From a virus (taxonomy: Duplodnaviria > Heunggongvirae > Uroviricota > Caudoviricetes), in the IMG/VR virus record IMGVR_UViG_3300042901_002340: DNA of 54,850 nt; one strand, given 5' to 3'. The position numbers and the translations under genes are program-made. Positions 35,582 to 44,859 of this stretch are shown piece after piece. Below the pieces are notes generated by a model that did not search any database, had not been told where the DNA came from, and worked only from the letters and a program-made list of their open reading frames with translations. Each line of letters begins with the position of its first letter. The stretch's first letter is position 1.

Positions 35582-36355
35582 TTAATTTATGAATGATAAT
35601 ATACCGTGTTGAATATCAAATATTTCATCTTTTCTATCGAGTATATTTTTCTTATATTCGGAAACGTCCAATGATGTATTTCTGGTTTCCCCTATTCCCC
35701 CCTTGCAGCTGACCGCGAATTCATAATTAATTGAAAGAATAACATGAGTTGGTGGATTATAATGAAAATAATGATTAACATAACTTTCGTCATTTACACC
35801 AGGCTCATATGGGATTTTTCTATCCTCCGACTGATCAGCAAGCATTTTTTTGCACATTTTCAATATCAACCCCTTCCTTCCACCAAATAAGCAAGATCCA
35901 TAGTACATTTGTGGAAGATGAGTATCAAATGGAATATAGCATTTCGATATTGAATTCCTCTCAAATCCCTTTACGTCTTTCATCCAATCATTATTACCGA
36001 AATGCTCATAACCAACTAAATCCCCAATGAACCAATTTTCAGTAAAATCATGTTGGATATTGGTGTCAGCATCAAAATAAAATAGATAGTCTAAATCGAG
36101 GGATTCTAGAGATATCATATTCTGAAATTTTGAACCTACTCCCTCAACCCATGATTCGTGTGATGTTTTGTGATATTCAACCAATGAAGAATCGGAATCA
36201 CTCAAATATGGGTGCGGATCACAATCGGAGAAAAAATGGAATTTTATATTGGAATCCCCTTTATAATGATGTGTAAATTTTTTTATAAATCTTAAACCGA
36301 GAACAAAATATGCATTAGTTGCAAGTATAACTATTCCTATCTTTTTATTATACAT
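35582..36355 (-). CDS. Glycosyltransferase family 6 (ABO/alpha-Gal/GalNAc transferase-like)
   Basis: IGIVILATNAY, YFDADT, FER...CYIP, YYG...FGG, NDESYVNHYF. Likely start MYNKKIG at 36355. Confidence 0.8.
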   Translation of the reverse strand: MYNKKIGIVILATNAYFVLGLRFIKKFTHHYKGDSNIKFHFFSDCDPHPYLSDSDSSLVEYHKTSHESWVEGVGSKFQNMISLESLDLDYLFYFDADTNIQHDFTENWFIGDLVGYEHFGNNDWMKDVKGFERNSISKCYIPFDTHLPQMYYGSCLFGGRKGLILKMCKKMLADQSEDRKIPYEPGVNDESYVNHYFHYNPPTHVILSINYEFAVSCKGGIGETRNTSLDVSEYKKNILDRKDEIFDIQHGILSFIN

Positions 36356-36383
36356 TTTACTTTTATTAATATAGATCAGATAC

Positions 36384-36415
36384 AAAAAAAAATTCCGGAC
36401 AAAGCCGGAATTTTT
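36384..36415 (-). terminator. Intrinsic terminator
   Basis: aattccgg-acaaag-ccggaatt flanked by A and T runs. Confidence 0.75.
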
Positions 36416-36416
36416 A

Positions 36417-36662
36417 TTAAAAATCATCAAATGATCTTATATTTTTTAGATGTGGTGAACTTTCAGTCAGTTTCTGATTTGGTTGCATGACTGGTGAACT
36501 CTGAACCCACTTCGAAATGTTAAGTGTTTTAGATGCTGCTCTTTCGTGATATGCCTTATGTGGAAACGTACCACACGTTGGACACTCCTTTTCGGGATCA
36601 AGTATCTGTTTATTGCATCCGCTGCACAGATCCTGTTTCTTTCTCTCGTCTATAGATTCCAT
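36417..36662 (-). CDS. Small Zn-ribbon protein
   Basis: CSGC...CPTC; ends KNIRSFDDF. Confidence 0.65.
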   Translation of the reverse strand: MESIDERKKQDLCSGCNKQILDPEKECPTCGTFPHKAYHERAASKTLNISKWVQSSPVMQPNQKLTESSPHLKNIRSFDDF

Positions 36663-37930
36663 TATGTAAATCTAAGAACTCTAGCAGCTCTAATTAATTT
36701 TCTTGTTAAATCGTCAATATCCTCATGTCTAGTTGTTATGTTAACAAGATCATCAAGTTCACGATTTTTAATTATTCTATTTTTCAACTGGAAAGATCCA
36801 TTCTTCATGAGATATTTAATTAGAAGTGCGTTAGCATTGACAAAAATACCCTGGTTATTATCATATTCTGGATTGATGAATATAGTTGGCTCCAGTCTAG
36901 CCGCTGCTTCTGTGAAGTAATCAGAAATGAGTCCATTTAATTCCGTCGCAATCTGAATAGTTTCATCACCTTCCCTGCTTATAATGTTAGCATTTGGATT
37001 GATTAATTTTTCATTTTCATATCTACCTTTAGCTCTCTTGAAAGTTCTAACGAATATGGAAACGAAAACAGATCCAAATATTTCCTCGTCTTGAATGTTA
37101 CACTTAACCGAATTATCACCGGTTCTATAATTTATGCTATTAAGTGGAAGACGATTGGAATTATTAACTCTCCAAATTTCCTGTCCATCATCAAATAGCA
37201 GACCCTTACCCTTGCTGGATCTTCTTAGATCGTCATAATTTAATTTCAATATACCAGCAATTGTTTTACCGTATATTTCTCCAACCCTAAATGCTGCTCT
37301 TGAATAAAATTTGTATTTTGGGGAGATGATGTCAACCTTTTTAATTATAGTTTCCTTGTTATCAACTCTTCTACCAACCATACCCATATCCTCAAGGTTT
37401 CTTATAATTGGAAGATTTTGTACCGCATTAGCATCAAGGTTTGTTAATTCTTCTCCACCTATTACTCTTTTCATTCTAGCAAGAATTTCAGTGAAATCTA
37501 AACGTGCACCTATGGGAACAAGTTCATTAAAATCAAGACTTGGTATATCCTTCTTTGGTATAATTGCAGCTGGTATATTATTTCTTATAATTCTCAAAAA
37601 GAATCCTCTCAGGCAAGCCTGTGGTGTATCGAATTTGGAAAGATTATATCTCTCGACGCCAGTTTTTGTTGATGTGTATTCGTAGCAATATTTTCCTTCC
37701 ATATCCTTAAAAAGTTCAACCGTTGCCATTGGTCCACCTCTTCTTTTACAGACAAGAACATTTGGAGTTCTTTCTTCGATATAAACCCCGATGGATGCTA
37801 GATCTTTACCTTCCTCGGTTTCCTCGAAAGCTCTATAAATCTCGCTAGTTTGATCATTCAGTGAATCCCATCTTTTTCTAGCTTCTAAAAGGTAATCTTC
37901 AAACCTCGCTATTTTTTTAATTTTTTCCAT
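36662..37930 (-). CDS. Hypothetical protein with capsid-targeting-like N-terminus
   Basis: 422 aa; starts MEKIKKIARFEDYLLEA. Confidence 0.8.
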   Translation of the reverse strand: MEKIKKIARFEDYLLEARKRWDSLNDQTSEIYRAFEETEEGKDLASIGVYIEERTPNVLVCKRRGGPMATVELFKDMEGKYCYEYTSTKTGVERYNLSKFDTPQACLRGFFLRIIRNNIPAAIIPKKDIPSLDFNELVPIGARLDFTEILARMKRVIGGEELTNLDANAVQNLPIIRNLEDMGMVGRRVDNKETIIKKVDIISPKYKFYSRAAFRVGEIYGKTIAGILKLNYDDLRRSSKGKGLLFDDGQEIWRVNNSNRLPLNSINYRTGDNSVKCNIQDEEIFGSVFVSIFVRTFKRAKGRYENEKLINPNANIISREGDETIQIATELNGLISDYFTEAAARLEPTIFINPEYDNNQGIFVNANALLIKYLMKNGSFQLKNRIIKNRELDDLVNITTRHEDIDDLTRKLIRAARVLRFT

Positions 37931-37952
37931 TTTTAATATAGGGTTTTGTTAT

Positions 37953-39608
37953 TTAGTTGTCTTTCATTAGTTTTTTAAATTTAGCAATGGATTTATCCTT
38001 ATATGAATATGCAGTTTTCATTGCCTCGACATCGTCTTTGCTTACTCCTGGTAAAGCATTATCATCATATAATTCAATTAGAGTTTCAAGAGCCTCATAT
38101 CCATCTAGTGTATCTTCATACATTTTTTTCAATTGAGCATCAGTTACATTATCAGCTCCCACTAATTTATCGAATATATTCCAAGCTGCTTCAACGAATA
38201 TACCTCCGCTTTTATTAGCCCCATCCCCGAGGAATGCGGACAAGAAATCTTTAGGTTTTAAGCCCTCAACATCAGATATAATTTCGGAGATTAGAGCTGA
38301 TATCTCCTCCCACTCGTCTCCTGGTAGAGTTCCTTTAAGGAATCCTTTATTAAAGCTAACCAGCGATTCAACGATGAAATCAGGTTTTAAACCGCCGGAA
38401 TTTCTAAAGAAATTTTCAAGAACTATTTTAACATTTGCTTCCTTTGGAAATTGTCTCTCGAAAGCCTCTATACCAGCTTGTGGCACACCAATTCTTCTAA
38501 GTAGCTCGGTAGCAGGTTTACCTGTGTAATTTCCTCCACCTGGTGCCTGTATTCTTCCATTAGGTCTATCTGCATCAGTGTGAACAGTTTCATTTTTATT
38601 GATCGTTATACCAACTAAACTATTTCTTTCCGATGTTGGAATATTATTATTGATAACATTTATTTGAACTCTTCCTGAGCTATAGCTCCAGAACGTAGAA
38701 TCTGTTCTAATACACCACCCAGTTTCAGAACAAACTAATCTCTGAGCATCAGGGGTTCTTGCAGACATGATTAAGAATCCATCTCTAGCATAAATAATAC
38801 CTGCTTGTGGACCAAGAGCTTTTATCTTAGCAATAACAGCGTCCTCGTCTTCTCCCCATTTGCTTATGAAATTTTCAGCATCAGATATGATTCCATCCAT
38901 CGCCTTTGCAGGATCCTTATATTCGGTATATGTTACTGTGTCATCATAAGATCCCATTCTACCTTTAACCTTACCAAAATCATTAAGAACACCAAGATCT
39001 GGGTAGAAGAAAGCATCCCAAGCTTCTCTACCTTCATCATTCTTGGGAAGAAGCTTTAATTGGTTGGATATCTCCTCTAATTTTTCCAACTGCTTTGTTG
39101 TTGCTTTTTTAGAAACATACTCTTTCATTCTAGGTGTCATCCTATCAGTGAAATTTTTAAGTTTTCTCTTTCTCTCTATATTTGATAGATCATCACGAAG
39201 CATTTCCCATCCTGGTCTGTGATCATTATCTTCCTCTCCATCATCCTTCTTTTTGTTATGATCAACCTTAGCGTATTCCGTGATTGACATAGGTAAAGAA
39301 TTGAGATTATTTTTATTATCCTTCAATAATTCAACAATTTCCTCCAATTGCTCCATTGATGCTCTTTGATCCATAGCAAATTTAACAAAAGGGAAAGTGT
39401 TTCCTGGCATTTTATTTTTATCCATTAAATCCTTTACCTCAAGGAATTTTGGATTATTCCATATTCTCTTCTTTGTTTCTTCATCTATATCGGAGGGTTT
39501 GATGCTGTTTTTATCCGCATAAAGCTTAACAAGATAGGATTTTGCATCCTGCACGTTCTCCATCAGGGGTTCAATATCGAAAAAGGTACGAAAACTTTGA
39601 TTCTTCAT
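37953..39608 (-). CDS. Large hypothetical protein with capsid-targeting-like N-terminus
   Basis: Likely start MKNQSFRTFFDIEPLMEN at 39608; internal SETGWCIR...FWSY motif. Confidence 0.8.
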   Translation of the reverse strand: MKNQSFRTFFDIEPLMENVQDAKSYLVKLYADKNSIKPSDIDEETKKRIWNNPKFLEVKDLMDKNKMPGNTFPFVKFAMDQRASMEQLEEIVELLKDNKNNLNSLPMSITEYAKVDHNKKKDDGEEDNDHRPGWEMLRDDLSNIERKRKLKNFTDRMTPRMKEYVSKKATTKQLEKLEEISNQLKLLPKNDEGREAWDAFFYPDLGVLNDFGKVKGRMGSYDDTVTYTEYKDPAKAMDGIISDAENFISKWGEDEDAVIAKIKALGPQAGIIYARDGFLIMSARTPDAQRLVCSETGWCIRTDSTFWSYSSGRVQINVINNNIPTSERNSLVGITINKNETVHTDADRPNGRIQAPGGGNYTGKPATELLRRIGVPQAGIEAFERQFPKEANVKIVLENFFRNSGGLKPDFIVESLVSFNKGFLKGTLPGDEWEEISALISEIISDVEGLKPKDFLSAFLGDGANKSGGIFVEAAWNIFDKLVGADNVTDAQLKKMYEDTLDGYEALETLIELYDDNALPGVSKDDVEAMKTAYSYKDKSIAKFKKLMKDN

Positions 39609-39630
39609 AATAAATGTAATATTAGATTTG

Positions 39631-39642
39631 GATATATATATC
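39631..39642. promoter_or_regulatory. Palindromic bidirectional candidate late promoter (GATATATATATC)
   Basis: GATATATA reads on both strands, centred between divergent starts at 39608 and 39666. Confidence 0.65.
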
Positions 39643-39665
39643 CACACATAAAAATAATAATAGTT

Positions 39666-40052
39666 ATGATTTATACAAAAATCGACGAGTTTTTATCGGG
39701 CAGTCCAGAGAAAGCGCCAAGCAAACCTGCACCGGTGACTAAACCTGGCACAGCTCCAGGGAAAACCCCACAGAGACCTAGTCCAATTAGAAGAGATAAA
39801 CCAGCTGCTGATCCACAACCAAAAGCAGCTCAAGAAGCTCCATCTAAACCTGCACCTACAATCAAACCAGGTACGACACCAGGGAAAACCCCACAGAGAC
39901 CTAGTCCTATAAGAAGAGATAAACCAGCTGCTGATCCACAGCCAAAAGCAATTGCTAAAGACGTTGTTTCTAGATTCATGGTGGAATTGAGAAAAAATAG
40001 AATTCCATTGGAATTTAATTTACCAAAATTAAAAGCTAAATATAATGATTAA
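39666..40052 (+). CDS. Pro/Lys-rich protein with internal tandem duplication
   Basis: Likely start MIYTKIDEFL at 39666. Confidence 0.75.
   Translation: MIYTKIDEFLSGSPEKAPSKPAPVTKPGTAPGKTPQRPSPIRRDKPAADPQPKAAQEAPSKPAPTIKPGTTPGKTPQRPSPIRRDKPAADPQPKAIAKDVVSRFMVELRKNRIPLEFNLPKLKAKYND
39714..39950 (+). repeat. In-frame tandem duplication: two 114-nt (38 aa) copies, 123-nt period
   Basis: APSKPAP(V/T)(T/I)KPGT(A/T)PGKTPQRPSPIRRDKPAADPQPKA at 39714-39827 and 39837-39950. Confidence 0.9.
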
Positions 40053-41508
40053 GAAGTTTAATGAATATGCAATAGACGAAGCATCATTGCAAGGAAATCC
40101 AGGAATTCCTGGTCAGGGTGGAACTGGTGGAGTACCAGGAAATTATTTACAGGATGTTGAAACAAGAGCACAAAATATAAATGCAGAGTTTCAGAGAAGA
40201 TTCGGTAGAGAAATTCCAATGTTCATGCAACACGTTAGTAGAGCAAGACAAATCCAAAGAGGGCATGAGGATGCACTAGAAAGACTTGCAGTTGATGTTA
40301 TAATGGAACATTATGGTGATATCCTTGATGGTGTAAATCTTAAGATAAAATTACAAAGGGACAGCGAGATTCAGAAAATGATGAAAGACGTACCTGGTGA
40401 ACCCCCAGAGAATCAGATGCTTAAGGCTTTGGAAGACGAGGATATTATATCGGAGGTTCATAGAAGAAAAATTGCTAATAATATAGCACAAGGCATGGCT
40501 AAGAATACCAAATTAATACTTAATCTTGAAGATTGCTCCGATGGGCTTAAAAGAATATTAGGTAATGAACTTGGTGAGGAGTATATTTTATTACTTAATA
40601 AGATATCAGAAATAGCATCATTCTTTGATTGGGCTATACCATTGGAGGTTCAAAAAGAAATGTGGACAAGAGACAAATCCAGATTTTCTGGATCAGTTAA
40701 AGTTGAATGGGATACACCAGAAGATCCAGAAGAATCTGAAAAATTAGCACAAAAGATTATTGATGATCTCATGAATACTGACGAGCCTGATGCTGAAGAT
40801 ATGGAAGATCTAATGGATGCAATAGGGCCAACTATTAATGCCATTGGGACAGAGTTTGTTATGTTGCTACATGAGACAGTAAAAGGTATCTATGAATTGA
40901 TCTCCGCTGCAGCACTACCGAGTGACGATGCGGAAAAAGCTGAAACAATTATAGCAAATACCGATTCATTGGCTGATGAATTAGAGGATCTTAGATTTGG
41001 TCCTGAAATGGCAGCGGATTTAAGGGATTACATTAATGGATTTAAGGAGGTCAATAAAATTAAAAATCTTCAGGAGTATGTTTTTGGGGAGATGATGCGT
41101 ATGCCAGCTAGAGATTTCTTAGAATTATTCAGTGGTATATTATCGGGTACAACGGAAGCAAAAGTACAAGTACAGGAAATAATAGACGGGATAACAGAAA
41201 TGCTTAGCGATTATGAAATGCAAAAAGCGGGTCTTAAAGATGATTCAGATTACGAGGATGATGACGAAGATTATCCTACTCCCGACGAGGAAGAGGCGCC
41301 AGCCCCAGTACCGCAATCCGAAGATGACTATGAAAATATGTCTCAGAGGGAGCTTCAGGAACTAATAGATAAATATCTGGATGCTGGAGATTATACAAAT
41401 CCAGAGCTTACTAAGATAACAAAATACATAAAAGAATCCAAACAAGAACACGTTGCTAATAAGATCAACGAGTGCAGAAATAATAACATGGGTAACGGTT
41501 ATTACTAG
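40045..41508 (+). CDS. Large acidic hypothetical protein with capsid-targeting-like N-terminus
   Basis: 487 aa; starts MIKKFNEYAIDEA; Gly-rich N-terminal segment and Asp/Glu-rich C-terminal segment. Confidence 0.8.
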   Translation: MIKKFNEYAIDEASLQGNPGIPGQGGTGGVPGNYLQDVETRAQNINAEFQRRFGREIPMFMQHVSRARQIQRGHEDALERLAVDVIMEHYGDILDGVNLKIKLQRDSEIQKMMKDVPGEPPENQMLKALEDEDIISEVHRRKIANNIAQGMAKNTKLILNLEDCSDGLKRILGNELGEEYILLLNKISEIASFFDWAIPLEVQKEMWTRDKSRFSGSVKVEWDTPEDPEESEKLAQKIIDDLMNTDEPDAEDMEDLMDAIGPTINAIGTEFVMLLHETVKGIYELISAAALPSDDAEKAETIIANTDSLADELEDLRFGPEMAADLRDYINGFKEVNKIKNLQEYVFGEMMRMPARDFLELFSGILSGTTEAKVQVQEIIDGITEMLSDYEMQKAGLKDDSDYEDDDEDYPTPDEEEAPAPVPQSEDDYENMSQRELQELIDKYLDAGDYTNPELTKITKYIKESKQEHVANKINECRNNNMGNGYY

Positions 41509-41524
41509 CCAAGACACATAAATT

Positions 41525-41552
41525 AAAAAAGGACTCACTTGAGTCCTTTTTT
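41525..41552. terminator. Bidirectional intrinsic terminator between convergent genes
   Basis: aaaaaaggactc-actt-gagtcctttttt. Confidence 0.85.
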
Positions 41553-41741
41553 ATTGTTTATTCTTTCTAAAAGATCACCTAATCTTATTCTTGCTCTTTT
41601 CAACTCAAGTTTTTCCTCTTCGAAGAGGAATTCTTTAGATTCCAATTCTATTATTCGATCATCCAGATCATTTATAACATTCCAGACATTCATTTCGAAG
41701 ATTGCCATATCTAAATCTTCATCAGATAGATCCTTCAGCAT
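41535..41741 (-). CDS. Hypothetical coiled-coil protein
   Basis: 68 aa ORF. Confidence 0.6.
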   Translation of the reverse strand: MLKDLSDEDLDMAIFEMNVWNVINDLDDRIIELESKEFLFEEEKLELKRARIRLGDLLERINNKKGLK

Positions 41742-42454
41742 TACTTATTATCTTGTTCTTTCCTCTGATCCTCACTGAAATCCAAATTCATCTTGAGATT
41801 CTGAAGATCATTCAATGTTATATCCTTATCCATATTCATAGCTGCATAATTAATTTTGGATGATCTATAGCTAGAGATATTACTTGAAAATGAAGCAAAC
41901 GCGCTGGCTGTTCCGTCATCGGTAGCATTAAAAGTAAAGGATTTGTTTCCACTGATACCCATTCCACCACCTGCAGCAATAGCATCCTGATTTGCACCTA
42001 AGAATAAGAAATACCATCCCTTTTCGTCCTCAAGAGTTTTTATCATATTCATGACAGCATCTTTCTTGTACTCTCTACTTGAATTCTCACCACCATCAGT
42101 AATAATCACAAAAACAACATCCCGATCAGTTTCCAATTCATTTACAGTTTTACCGATAGCATCCAATAGAGCAGTCATCCCCCTTGGTTTAAATGTTTCG
42201 CCATCAATTAAAGGATTAACATCCTTTACAGGAACGCTCTTATAGTCAATCTCATATCTATCATCAAATTGAACAAGCGTCATAAAAGCTTCACCCTCGG
42301 CATTTTGTTGTTCATTAAGGAAAGTATTAAATCCATCAACAGTGGATTTTGAAATGCTTCCCATCGATCCTGATCTGTCCAGAACAACCACAATTTCCGT
42401 TTGTTTTGCTACGTCAACGTTTTCTTCCTTAATTTGTTTGTTTGTTTCTTCCAT
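41741..42454 (-). CDS. von Willebrand factor A domain protein
   Basis: VVVLDRSGSM MIDAS, TALLDAIG, VIITDGGENSS, FLGANQDA. Confidence 0.9.
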   Translation of the reverse strand: MEETNKQIKEENVDVAKQTEIVVVLDRSGSMGSISKSTVDGFNTFLNEQQNAEGEAFMTLVQFDDRYEIDYKSVPVKDVNPLIDGETFKPRGMTALLDAIGKTVNELETDRDVVFVIITDGGENSSREYKKDAVMNMIKTLEDEKGWYFLFLGANQDAIAAGGGMGISGNKSFTFNATDDGTASAFASFSSNISSYRSSKINYAAMNMDKDITLNDLQNLKMNLDFSEDQRKEQDNK

Positions 42455-42465
42455 TTTTATATAAT

Positions 42466-42735
42466 TTAATTTTCTTCAACTATTTTAATAAAATCACCTT
42501 CCTTTAGATTTGGATCCTGTATATCATCAATGTGTATCATTCTATCCTTATAGAAAACTACAACCCGATCACTACCAGGATTTATCGGATTTTTTGCGTC
42601 ACCTTTAATGGAAACAACAACACCCTCATCCTCGTTCAGGAGAAGGGATAGGGCTCTACTAAATATAAGGGATGAGTTTAACCAGTCTTCGGGTGAATCC
42701 TTGTAACCTTCATCATTCGGTCTTGTATAATTCAT
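42466..42735 (-). CDS. Hypothetical protein
   Basis: 89 aa ORF. Confidence 0.7.
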   Translation of the reverse strand: MNYTRPNDEGYKDSPEDWLNSSLIFSRALSLLLNEDEGVVVSIKGDAKNPINPGSDRVVVFYKDRMIHIDDIQDPNLKEGDFIKIVEEN

Positions 42736-42736
42736 A

Positions 42737-43420
42737 TTAATATTTTTTTCTTAATAGCTCAATAACGTCCCACGCATCTTCCAACGCGTTATGCGTCACA
42801 ATTCCATCAATTCCCGCTCTCTCCTTACATTCTCCCAATGACGGGAGGCTTGAATCATTCTTCCAATCTACATATAATATAGCGGGATCCAAGATTCTTT
42901 GTTTGATTCTAATAACTTGTTTCCATCTAGGAAGCTTCTCTAGGAAATGCTTATCAAAAGTTGCAAAGTTCTTACCAGCTACCGTTATGTGTGTTGGCTT
43001 TATTCTAGATGTTAGTACGGGAACAGATTTACCATCCCTATTTGTCTTCATCACTCTTTCTGACATGTTCTCATTGGGATCAAATTTAACCATACCATTA
43101 AGGTACAGAAAGTGGTAGAAAGCCTCAACTATGTCATCCTTGTGATAAAATCTCATACCAGATGAAGCTTCGACATCATTTCTTTCGTCCTCGTTATTGC
43201 AGGTTTTATAAGAAACTATAGTTTCTATCAGTTCTCTATTCAAATTTATTGCGAATAAAGATCCTGTTATTTCTTCATGCTCGATGGCAGCATGAAATTT
43301 TGGACATTTTTCTAAGGGTAAAGGATTTTCAGAATCCTCTATTATAGCTCCAATAGATAAAACTTGATTTAATTCTGGATCTAACCCGCTGGTTTCCACA
43401 TCAATGCTGATAAATTTCAT
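42737..43420 (-). CDS. DEDDh 3'-5' exonuclease (DnaQ-like)
   Basis: ISIDVETSG, GKNFATFD, HNALEDAWD. Confidence 0.85.
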   Translation of the reverse strand: MKFISIDVETSGLDPELNQVLSIGAIIEDSENPLPLEKCPKFHAAIEHEEITGSLFAINLNRELIETIVSYKTCNNEDERNDVEASSGMRFYHKDDIVEAFYHFLYLNGMVKFDPNENMSERVMKTNRDGKSVPVLTSRIKPTHITVAGKNFATFDKHFLEKLPRWKQVIRIKQRILDPAILYVDWKNDSSLPSLGECKERAGIDGIVTHNALEDAWDVIELLRKKY

Positions 43421-43510
43421 AACTTATTGTTTATCAATATTCAACAGGAAAAACATAAAAAGTTTCGGTGGAGACCTAAGAAATTTCATAAAAATAAGGG
43501 GGGACGGGGG

Positions 43511-43518
43511 GATATATA
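43511..43518 (+). promoter_or_regulatory. Candidate late promoter GATATATA of the lysis/two-component operon
   Basis: Exact motif 16 nt before ATG 43535, at a strand switch. Confidence 0.6.
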
Positions 43519-43534
43519 GAAGAAAAAACATACT

Positions 43535-44353
43535 ATGATTTTAAAAATTGGATCAACTGGGGATGATGTAAAAAAACTCCAAGTAAAACTAGGCTTGGGT
43601 GCCGATGGTATATTCGGACCAGGTACAGAAAAATCGGTAAAAGCATGGCAAGCTGCTAATGGATTGGTAGCTGATGGTATAGTTGGTGACGGAACATGGG
43701 GAAAAATGTTTAGTGCTGATAATACCACATCGACTTCTACAATTCCAACTAGCTCATTTAAGCTTGAAGCTCTAAAGGGACACATTCCTGAATCTGTGAT
43801 TGCACAAATTCCGGATACAGCAAAAGCTTTCAACATCACAACATCTTTAAGATTGGCTCACTTCCTAGCTCAATGTGGCCACGAAAGTGGAGGATTTAAA
43901 GCTGTTAATGAGAATCTTAACTATTCTGCTGATGGACTTAAGAAAATATTTCCTAAGTACTTTCCAGGAGCATTAAATGAATCTTATGCAAGACAACCAG
44001 AAAAAATTGCTGCAAGAGTTTATGCATCAAGGATGGGTAATGGCGACGAAGCTTCAAAAGAAGGTTTCAAATTCAGGGGTAGAGGCTATATCCAATTAAC
44101 TGGTAAATCAAATTACACGGCCTTCGATAAAATGGTACCGGAAGACATTGTTGCTAATCCAGATTTAGTTGCAACTAAATACCCTTTAGCTTCCGCAGCT
44201 TTCTTCTTTAATTCAAATGGACTTTGGTCTATATGTGACAAAGGAGCAGATGATGCAACAGTTACTGCGGTAACAAAAAGAGTAAATGGTGGAACTATCG
44301 GATTGCCTGACAGATTAAAGCACTTTAAGGAGTATTATGCTCTTCTAAAATAA
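43535..44353 (+). CDS. Endolysin: N-terminal peptidoglycan-binding domain plus GH19 catalytic domain
   Basis: LGADGIFGPGTEKSVKAWQ...GLVADGIVG; HFLAQCGHESGGF, FRGRGYIQLTGKSNY, VTKRVNGG. Confidence 0.92.
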   Translation: MILKIGSTGDDVKKLQVKLGLGADGIFGPGTEKSVKAWQAANGLVADGIVGDGTWGKMFSADNTTSTSTIPTSSFKLEALKGHIPESVIAQIPDTAKAFNITTSLRLAHFLAQCGHESGGFKAVNENLNYSADGLKKIFPKYFPGALNESYARQPEKIAARVYASRMGNGDEASKEGFKFRGRGYIQLTGKSNYTAFDKMVPEDIVANPDLVATKYPLASAAFFFNSNGLWSICDKGADDATVTAVTKRVNGGTIGLPDRLKHFKEYYALLK

Positions 44354-44364
44354 ATTAAATAAAC

Positions 44365-44835
44365 ATGGAAATGATTTCAGAACATCTGTCAATCAAGGAG
44401 GTAACAAAATCTAACACAGCCAAAAGACTAGGTATAGACAATAACCCAACTCCTGAACATTTAGAAAACTTAAAACTTTTAGGTGAAAAAGTTTTTGAAC
44501 CAATAAGAAACCATTTTAAAAAACCAATAGGTGTTTCTTCTGGGTACAGGTCTCAGGCAGTAAACGAAGCAACCCCAGGGTCATCTGCAACATCACAGCA
44601 TTGCAGTGGTGAAGCTCTAGATTTAGATCAGGATGGTCTAAATACCGGGATAACAAATAAAATGGTATTTGATTATATCAAAGAAAACCTTGATTTTGAT
44701 CAACTGATATGGGAATATGGAGATAGTAAAAATCCAGATTGGGTACACGTTTCATATGAATCATCAGGGAGACAAAGAAAACAGGTTCTTAGATGTACAA
44801 GAGTAAACGGGAAACCAAAATACTCACAATATTAA
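44365..44835 (+). CDS. Peptidase M15 family (Zn D-Ala-D-Ala peptidase / endolysin-like)
   Basis: VSSGYRS, SQHCSGEALD, WVHVS. Confidence 0.9.
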   Translation: MEMISEHLSIKEVTKSNTAKRLGIDNNPTPEHLENLKLLGEKVFEPIRNHFKKPIGVSSGYRSQAVNEATPGSSATSQHCSGEALDLDQDGLNTGITNKMVFDYIKENLDFDQLIWEYGDSKNPDWVHVSYESSGRQRKQVLRCTRVNGKPKYSQY

Positions 44836-44859
44836 AAAATAACTAGTTGAAATTCAAAT

